From contig JBLIRN010000004.1 of assembly GCA_049472315.1 (NCBI GenBank), forward strand, positions 41,540 through 105,539: a DNA stretch of 64,000 bases. Direction: 5' to 3'. The position numbers were made by a program, and so were the translations under genes. Under the pieces are notes generated by a model that did not search any database, was not told the DNA's origin, and saw only the letters and a program-made list of their open reading frames with translations. Positions 57,459-64,000 of the stretch are shown here, piece after piece. Origin of the DNA: a bacterium. GTDB taxonomy: Bacteria; SZUA-182; DTGQ01; JAFGSM01. The stretch's first letter is position 1, and each line of letters opens with the position of its first letter.

Positions 57459-59474
57459 GTGGCAGAGATCATAGACTTCAACAAGGAAACCGCAGTTCGA
57501 AAATCTCCAAAGGGTGCACTCTATGCGGGGCATGATTTCATCATCAACCTTGTCCAGGCGTCGCCCACCTTTTTTGTGGCCATAGATCCAGAGGGGAAGA
57601 CCCTCTTCATGAACGACTCCCTGTTGAGGGTGCTGGGACATACGCTCGAAGAGGTGGTCGGCACCCCATACCTGACCACATTCGTATCGGAATCCCCCGG
57701 TCTGAATATATACACGAATCCGGAAGGGACAGTGACGCCCAAGGGGCCTGTCTTTTTCGAATATTGTCTCACGGCCCATGATGGAAGGACCCTGTTTGTA
57801 GAATGGAACGTCCACCCGGTTTTCAAGGAAAACGGAGAGCTTGAGTATTTCATCGGGGTGGGGATCGACGTCACTCAAAAAAGGCTCGTCGAAAAGGCCC
57901 TGCAGGATAACGAGGCACGCTATCGGATCCTGGCGGAAAATGTCATTGACGTCATCTGGACCATGGACCTGGACATGCATTTTACCTATCTCAGCCCATC
58001 GGTCACCCGTCTTCTCGGCTACCAGCTCAAGGACGTCTCTTCCCTGAGCCTGGAGCGTCTCCTTTCCTCCTCCTCCCTGGAGTTGGCCATGAGTACCCTG
58101 GCGGAGGAAATGGCCTTGGAGCAGTTGCCTGGGAAGGATATCTTCAGGACGAGGATGCTTGAGCTCGAGCTTATCTACAAGGACGGTTCAACCGTATGGA
58201 CCGAGAACAAGGTGAGGTTTCTCTACGATTCGAACGGCCGGGCAACGGGTATCCTGGGGGTTACGCGCGATATTACCGAACGAAAAAGGGCGGAGAAGGA
58301 AAAGGAGATCATTCAGACGCAGCTTCTCCAGGCAAAAAAGATGGAGGCCGTGGGGATACTGGCAGGCGGCATCGCACATGATTTCAACAACCTGTTAATG
58401 GTCATCCTTGGGTACAGCGAATTGCTCGCCACGCGGCTCCCTCCCGGCACCCCCCTTATCAATGACATCGAGGCAATCAAAAAGGCGGTTGAGCGCGGCT
58501 CCGCCCTCACCAGACAGTTATTGACCGTGAGCCGAAAGGGAGTCATGCAGTCGACGGTGTTCGAGGTCAATACAATTGTGGGAGACATGGAAAAGCTGCT
58601 GAGGCGTCTCATCGGTGAGGATATCCATCTGGTAAGCAGCCTGGCACCAGGGCCCACATGCGTGAAGGGTGATCCCGGCCAACTGGGCCAGGTGGTTATG
58701 AATCTTGCTGCAAACGCCAGGGACAGCATGCCGTCCGGCGGCACCCTCACCATCACCACCGGCTCCATCACCCTGGATGATGATCAGTGCAGGTCCATGG
58801 CCGATTCCAAGCCCGGGGCATTCGTGCACCTTACGGTCCAGGACACCGGCACAGGCATGAACGAGGAGACCATCCAGCATATCTTCGATCCCTTCTTTAC
58901 AACAAAGGGACACGGGAAGGGTACCGGGCTGGGCCTTTCCATTGTCTACGGGATCGTAAAACAACACGATGGATGGATCAATGTCTCCAGCGAACCTGGG
59001 CAGGGAACCACCTTCAGCATCTATCTCCCCGCCTTTTCCGGAGAATCCTGCAGAAAAACATACAGCAAGGCATCAGCCTGCGAGCTCCGGGGCAACAGGG
59101 AGGGGATTCTCCTGGTAGAGGATGAAGACGAGGTCCGGGAATTCATCGAAAAGGCCCTTCACATCAACGGGTATGAGGTCTTTGCTGCCTCGAATGTCCG
59201 GGAGGCGCTGAATGTCTTCCAAAGGCAGGGAACGCGGATCGATCTGCTCCTGAGCGATGTGGTGCTGCCCGACGGCACCGGCATCCAGCTTGCCGATCAA
59301 CTGGCGGCCCGCAATCCCGCGCTCCAGGTCCTCCTGAGCAGCGGGTATACCGAACAAAAGTCCCAATGGGATACAATATCCAGTAAGGGATACGGCTTCC
59401 TTCAGAAGCCCTATCAACTGGCGGCGCTCCTCAATACACTCCAGAGGGCGCTCGCACCTCAATCAACAACGTAA
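57459..59474 (+). CDS. Hybrid PAS-PAS histidine kinase/receiver protein
   Basis: Two PAS/PAC domains, AGGIAHDFNNLL, NL..NARD, FDPFFTTK..GKGTGLGL and a C-terminal REC domain. Confidence 0.92.
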   Translation: MAEIIDFNKETAVRKSPKGALYAGHDFIINLVQASPTFFVAIDPEGKTLFMNDSLLRVLGHTLEEVVGTPYLTTFVSESPGLNIYTNPEGTVTPKGPVFFEYCLTAHDGRTLFVEWNVHPVFKENGELEYFIGVGIDVTQKRLVEKALQDNEARYRILAENVIDVIWTMDLDMHFTYLSPSVTRLLGYQLKDVSSLSLERLLSSSSLELAMSTLAEEMALEQLPGKDIFRTRMLELELIYKDGSTVWTENKVRFLYDSNGRATGILGVTRDITERKRAEKEKEIIQTQLLQAKKMEAVGILAGGIAHDFNNLLMVILGYSELLATRLPPGTPLINDIEAIKKAVERGSALTRQLLTVSRKGVMQSTVFEVNTIVGDMEKLLRRLIGEDIHLVSSLAPGPTCVKGDPGQLGQVVMNLAANARDSMPSGGTLTITTGSITLDDDQCRSMADSKPGAFVHLTVQDTGTGMNEETIQHIFDPFFTTKGHGKGTGLGLSIVYGIVKQHDGWINVSSEPGQGTTFSIYLPAFSGESCRKTYSKASACELRGNREGILLVEDEDEVREFIEKALHINGYEVFAASNVREALNVFQRQGTRIDLLLSDVVLPDGTGIQLADQLAARNPALQVLLSSGYTEQKSQWDTISSKGYGFLQKPYQLAALLNTLQRALAPQSTT

Positions 59475-59533
59475 GGCGTCCGGTACCGAACGAGAATGGA
59501 TCTGCCCGGACCTCCGCCGCAGGGCCGCGGCAC

Positions 59534-60574
59534 TCAGGTATCCTCCATGTGATGGGGTCGAATAATCACCTTGAGGGAGTCATGCGCCTCCGCAACCACC
59601 CTGAACGCCTCACCGATTCTGTCAAGGGAGAATCGATGGGTGATCATCTCCCTCACCCTCACCTTTTTGAGATGGATCAATTCAAGGGCCGCCGCATAAT
59701 CCTCCTGTGCCCCCGCGTACGAGCTGGTAAGGGTGATCTCCGTGCGCCAGAAGATCTCGTTGGGGCGGAGGGAGATCTCCACACCCCTGTCCGTAACGGC
59801 GAAAAACATGATGGTGCCGCCCCGATCGATGGTTTGCAGTGCCTGACGCACAGCGGCTGCGGCACCGGTGCACAGGATGATCACGTCCGCACCGCGCCCC
59901 TCGTTCGCCTCCCTGACCAGTGCAGGGATGTCATCGTCTGCGACAAAGGTGACATCCGCCCCGAAACGGCGTGCCTGCTCGATGCGAAATGCATTCACAT
60001 CCGTGGCGATAATCCTGCCTGCGCCAAGCATCCGGGCGACCTGGACATGAAGAAGGCCGGCCATGCCGCTGCCCGCCACCATGCAGGTCTTCCCCGCATA
60101 GTTCCCGATGATCCTGTGGGCACGCCACACACAGGCGAGGGGCTCGACAAAGGTGGCCTCGTCGAATCCCACATCATTGGGGAGCAGGAATGTGCCCCGC
60201 TCCACATTGATCCGGGGAACGCGGACGTACTCGCTGAAACCGCCCGGATCGAAGGTGGTGGTAAGGAGGGTCCTGCACACGGTGTGATGACCGGCCACGC
60301 AGTAGTGGCACCTCCCGCAGGGGACATGGTGCGCAACGCAGACCCGGTCACCCCTTGAGAACCGGTTCTCCCCCTCCCCTACCTCAACGACCTCCCCGGC
60401 GATCTCGTGTCCGAGCACCAGGGGAACCCTGTCCAGGCGGTACCATTCGAGCAGATCGCTCCCGCATATCCCGCTCGCCATGACCTTTACGAGCAGCTCA
60501 CCCGGGCCGGCAGCGGATATTTCCGTCTCCTCGATCCGCACGTCGCTGTTGCTGTAGTACATCCCTACCTTCAT
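59534..60574 (-). CDS. Zinc-dependent (sorbitol/iditol-type) dehydrogenase
   Basis: GICGSD, GHE, CGRCHYC...H..C, EPLAC and GSG.AG. Confidence 0.9.
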   Translation of the reverse strand: MKVGMYYSNSDVRIEETEISAAGPGELLVKVMASGICGSDLLEWYRLDRVPLVLGHEIAGEVVEVGEGENRFSRGDRVCVAHHVPCGRCHYCVAGHHTVCRTLLTTTFDPGGFSEYVRVPRINVERGTFLLPNDVGFDEATFVEPLACVWRAHRIIGNYAGKTCMVAGSGMAGLLHVQVARMLGAGRIIATDVNAFRIEQARRFGADVTFVADDDIPALVREANEGRGADVIILCTGAAAAVRQALQTIDRGGTIMFFAVTDRGVEISLRPNEIFWRTEITLTSSYAGAQEDYAAALELIHLKKVRVREMITHRFSLDRIGEAFRVVAEAHDSLKVIIRPHHMEDT

Positions 60575-60917
60575 GGGTGTATTGTATGCCCTTTCATCCG
60601 GCCGATGCAAGCGTCAATCCGCCGTCCCGGCAATTCTTGTTTTTAATCGTCGGTTCGCAGTCGCGGGGAGACATGTTTACTCCCATGGACGGGAAGATAG
60701 AAGTCGACAAAAGACCGCTTCGAAAGCATATACGCTGACAAGGATGCCGATCCAATACAAAGAATAGAATTGCCGGTCCCGTGCCTTCCCACTAAATTGA
60801 TGGGAATTGAACATCGTGCCCCACTGCACCTTCGATGATTTTTTACCCGGCCATCACATTCTGATATACTGCACATCGAAATAAGGGATTTGCAACGACG
60901 GAGGTCAAAACAAGGGA

Positions 60918-62117
60918 ATGGCAATACGGCGATCGGTCACGATAATCTCATCGGGGGAGGACAGGATTTCTATGCCGCGACACAGCGCTCGCTCCCGCAC
61001 CAGGCATGGAGCAGGAAGCATGGTGGAGTGGGACGATTGGGAATGGCAGTTTTCCCACAGGGTCACCGATGTGGAGCAACTACCCCTCCCATGGCTGAGC
61101 CAAGAGAAACGGTCCGCCCTCACGGAGGTCTGTGGCCGGTTTCCCATGGCCGTCACACCTTACTACCTCTCGCTTGCGGACCCTGACGACCCCGAGGATC
61201 CGATCATCCGGCAGGTCCTCCCCTCGATCCATGAGATCGTCCCTGCCGCTGCCGCCTCTGCCGACCCCTTGCGCGAGGATGAAAACACGCCGGTGAAGGG
61301 GCTGACCCACCGGTACCCGGACCGCGCATTGTTTGTGGTCACCAGCGTATGCGCGGCATACTGCCGGCACTGTACGCGCAAACGAAAATGGAACGACGGA
61401 TCCGGTGGGACACTGACCGCACCCGAGGTTACGCGTGCCGTAGCCTACCTACGCAGCCATCCCGAAATCAGGGACGTGCTTGTCTCCGGCGGGGATCCCC
61501 TCACCCTTCCCCTGCCCCTCCTTGCATACATCCTCGAGCAGGTCCGGGGGATACCCCACGTTGAGATCATCCGCATAGGAACACGCATTCCGGTGGTGCT
61601 CCCCCAGCGTATCACCCCCTCCCTTCTGGATGTCCTGGAAAAAAACGGGCCCCTCTGGGTGAACACACAGTTCAATCACCCCCGTGAGGTCACCGGGGAG
61701 TCCGCGCATGCATGTGACCTGTTGCTGCGAAGGGGAATACCGGTGAGCAATCAAACCGTCCTCCTGCGAGGGGTCAATGACCGTGCCCGCATCATTGAAG
61801 AACTGAATCGGGCATTGCTTCGGATCAAGGTCAGGCCGTACTACCTGTTCCAATGCGATCCGGTTGTGGGCACCGAACATTTCAGGACCAGCGTATGGAC
61901 CGGGGTGACAATCATGGAGCATCTCAGGGGAAGGGTATCGGGGCTTGCCATACCCCACTTCGTGATCGACCTGCCAGGGGGAGGGGGAAAGGTGCCGCTT
62001 CTGCCGGACTACATCGTCTCACAGGACGATGATCGGATCACCTTCCGCAACTATGAGGGGAAAATGTTCGTGCATCGCGAGCCCCGTCCCTCCGAAGGGG
62101 GGAATCCGTCCTTATAA
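60918..62117 (+). CDS. KamA-family radical SAM enzyme (lysine 2,3-aminomutase-like); true start may be 60972 or 61020
   Basis: W.DW.WQ, HRYPDR, CAAYCRHCTR, SGGDPL, RPYY and GGGGKVP (PLP lysine). Confidence 0.9.
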   Translation: MAIRRSVTIISSGEDRISMPRHSARSRTRHGAGSMVEWDDWEWQFSHRVTDVEQLPLPWLSQEKRSALTEVCGRFPMAVTPYYLSLADPDDPEDPIIRQVLPSIHEIVPAAAASADPLREDENTPVKGLTHRYPDRALFVVTSVCAAYCRHCTRKRKWNDGSGGTLTAPEVTRAVAYLRSHPEIRDVLVSGGDPLTLPLPLLAYILEQVRGIPHVEIIRIGTRIPVVLPQRITPSLLDVLEKNGPLWVNTQFNHPREVTGESAHACDLLLRRGIPVSNQTVLLRGVNDRARIIEELNRALLRIKVRPYYLFQCDPVVGTEHFRTSVWTGVTIMEHLRGRVSGLAIPHFVIDLPGGGGKVPLLPDYIVSQDDDRITFRNYEGKMFVHREPRPSEGGNPSL

Positions 62118-62239
62118 ACGAACCACTGCGTACTCATATGACTGAAGCCAAGCATCCTGTTCGGGCACAGACCGATATATCGAACATATACCCTTTTAAC
62201 TTTCTAAGATGTTTTAGGACACCCTGCGAACCGGTTTTC

Positions 62240-62299
62240 TTGACAGGGAGAATGTAATGTAGTACTGTATATTTACAAAGTGAATGTTAAAAATGTAAA
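62240..62299 (+). promoter_or_regulatory. Putative sigma-70 promoter and operator of the vapBC module
   Basis: TTGACA-17 nt-TACTGT, then an inverted repeat tttaca...tgtaaa. Confidence 0.55.
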
Positions 62300-62317
62300 G
62301 CAAAAAAGGACTATGAC

Positions 62318-62563
62318 ATGAGAACAAAGGTTTCCTCAAAGGCACAGGTTTCAATACCGGCAGCTATTCGTAAAGAATTTAACATCAAGCCAAATTCACA
62401 GTTGGAATGGATCGTAGAAAACGGCCTTATCACCGTTATTCCTATAGTGGAAGACCCGGTTGCCGTATTTCGAGGTCGTGGCAAAGGATCTTATCCTACT
62501 ACTCGACTCATAGCTGAAAGAAAGGAAGAACGTAGGGAAGAAGATGAGCGAGACAAAAAATAA
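62318..62563 (+). CDS. AbrB/MazE/SpoVT-family antitoxin (VapB)
   Basis: KVSSKAQVSIPAAIRK pattern, overlapping the downstream PIN gene. Confidence 0.88.
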   Translation: MRTKVSSKAQVSIPAAIRKEFNIKPNSQLEWIVENGLITVIPIVEDPVAVFRGRGKGSYPTTRLIAERKEERREEDERDKK

Positions 62564-62963
62564 TATCTTTGCCCTGGATACTTCTGCCCTGTTGACCCTA
62601 TGGAATGATGAACCTGGTGCGGATGACGTCGAAAAAATTCTGAGGATTAAGGCTAATCGTATTATTGTGTCATTCATGTCATACATGGAATGTTATTATC
62701 GGATCTGGAGAAATCGTGGTCGGGAAAAGGGGAGGGAGATTTACGCCTATCTTTTTACATTGCCCATAGAGCGAATTGACCTTAATGAAGAAATCCTTCA
62801 ATTGGCTGCAGAGATAAAGGCTTCATATTCCCTTTCGGTGGCTGATAGTTGGATAATCTCAACCGCGAGGTTCATGGATGCCTATCTTGTCCACAAAGAT
62901 CCAGAGTTTTTGCAGGTCAATTCCTTGGTACGGTTACACAACCTTCCATTCAAGCAACTATGA
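62544..62963 (+). CDS. PIN-domain toxin (VapC)
   Basis: LDTSAL...DEPGA..VE, E, LS.AD and HKDPEF. Confidence 0.9.
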   Translation: MSETKNNIFALDTSALLTLWNDEPGADDVEKILRIKANRIIVSFMSYMECYYRIWRNRGREKGREIYAYLFTLPIERIDLNEEILQLAAEIKASYSLSVADSWIISTARFMDAYLVHKDPEFLQVNSLVRLHNLPFKQL

Positions 62964-63281
62964 GAAGCCCTTGCGCAGTATATCATCAAGGCCCCGTCAG
63001 CCAGGAGCGGATGCCATATGACAGGAAAAATCAAAAGGCGGTCTACCACATCATTGCCATCCATAGTCTTGTCTAAATCCCTATTTCTTACATGCATACC
63101 TTAGGAAAACCCCTGCATAACTAAGTAAAATATTTTTCGTCAATTTATATCATATATTTATTTTTGTGCCCAATTCATCAAAAGGAGATAGAGAAAGGCA
63201 GGTGGTTCAAAGGGAACAAAAAATGCAAGATAAATTGCAGGATTCTCCCCAAGTCTAAATGCGTAAGAGGGAGGTTAGGCG

Positions 63282-64000
63282 ATGAAAAAGGTTTTCAAAT
63301 TTGTTCTCTTGGCCTTTACACTGAGTCTTTGTCTATTGGTCTTTAGTTCCCTGTCACAATGCCAATCGTGGTATCCCCCATATATGCAAAACCCATATTC
63401 TCAATCAGGATATTATGTATCACCCCCGATCTACAGTAATATTAATAGGGGCGTATATTACGGAGGCTCTTCCACGGGATATTATCCCTATCCCTCAAAC
63501 TATTTGCCGTATCTGACGTCCGGTTCAGCCTATCTTCCTGCCGAGCTCCACTTGGCTTATTCAGTGGCGGACGGGGACTACATCTACGTATTGTATCAGA
63601 ACATGACCACAGGCACCGGCACCGGCGGGATTGCGGGTGAAGCCGGATTGGCGATTTTTGAGGCATCCGGATCCGACGACTATGACTATGTTTCCCATAT
63701 TGCCCTTTACAACGGGGGTTCGGCATCCGGCATTGCCCCAATCCCTCTTGGAATCGTCATTCAAGATGATCTGGCCGTAATCGGTGCTGCCAAAGGGACA
63801 ATCTATTTCGTGGATATATCCGATAAGGATGATCCCGAGCTTATCAACGAGCTGGTTATCATTGACATTGACGATGACTATTACTCCAGCCTGAGTGATG
63901 CGTATCCTTTAGCCATGAAAGACGATGTGCTTTTTGTAGTTACGAGTGAAGGTGTAATGGGTGAAGACGCCGAGACCACCATCTATGCATATGACATTTC
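63282..64000 (+). CDS. Secreted protein, partial: Tyr/Pro-rich N-terminus followed by LVIVD-like beta-propeller repeats
   Basis: GGAGGT SD, then MKKVFKFVLLAFTLSLCLLVFSSLSQC|QSWYPPY..., GDYIYV and IYFVDISDKDDPELI. The frame is open to the window end and is absent from the ORF track. Confidence 0.78.
   Translation, partial: MKKVFKFVLLAFTLSLCLLVFSSLSQCQSWYPPYMQNPYSQSGYYVSPPIYSNINRGVYYGGSSTGYYPYPSNYLPYLTSGSAYLPAELHLAYSVADGDYIYVLYQNMTTGTGTGGIAGEAGLAIFEASGSDDYDYVSHIALYNGGSASGIAPIPLGIVIQDDLAVIGAAKGTIYFVDISDKDDPELINELVIIDIDDDYYSSLSDAYPLAMKDDVLFVVTSEGVMGEDAETTIYAYDI

Noticed and set aside
60610..60917. Lysine or SAM riboswitch upstream of the KamA-family gene
   Set aside because: No conserved aptamer motifs were recognisable by eye. 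An Rfam scan would settle it.

Overview
This is a 64-kb, moderately GC-rich bacterial chromosomal segment. Gene style resembles deltaproteobacteria and related lineages, but the taxon cannot be fixed from sequence alone. The backbone is housekeeping: trkA-trkA-(micro-ORF)-trkH, pilB-pilT-pilC-pilS-pilR, an M23 peptidase, gatA-gatB (no gatC), HU, pfkB-cca-scpA, pyrK-pyrD-recJ-rel, rpmB, gspN, a class V aminotransferase with serA, mnmG, a YhcC radical SAM, glgA, menG/ubiE, lsrF, a Zn-dehydrogenase, a KamA-family enzyme and a vapBC module. The main unexplained features are five. (1) A DUF1573-like exported protein is split by an in-frame TGA that sits at a Cys-homologous position (U-G-C) and is followed by a bacterial SECIS-like hairpin, so it is probably a selenoprotein. 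(2) Seven scattered secreted proteins have a signal peptide followed by Y/G/P/Q/F/M-rich low-complexity regions. Three share a C-terminal GxWxGxW beta-domain, two have sigma-54 promoters, two have SD-led micro-uORFs, one has suckerin-like GGY repeats and one has cryptic 14-aa repeats. (3) A PilZ-PilT fusion occurs alongside an MshEN-bearing PilB. (4) Two cNMP-sensing proteins have unusual architecture. (5) Two families of dispersed REP/MITE-like repeats carry GCGAAGC. No rRNA, tRNA, cas or transposase genes were recognised.
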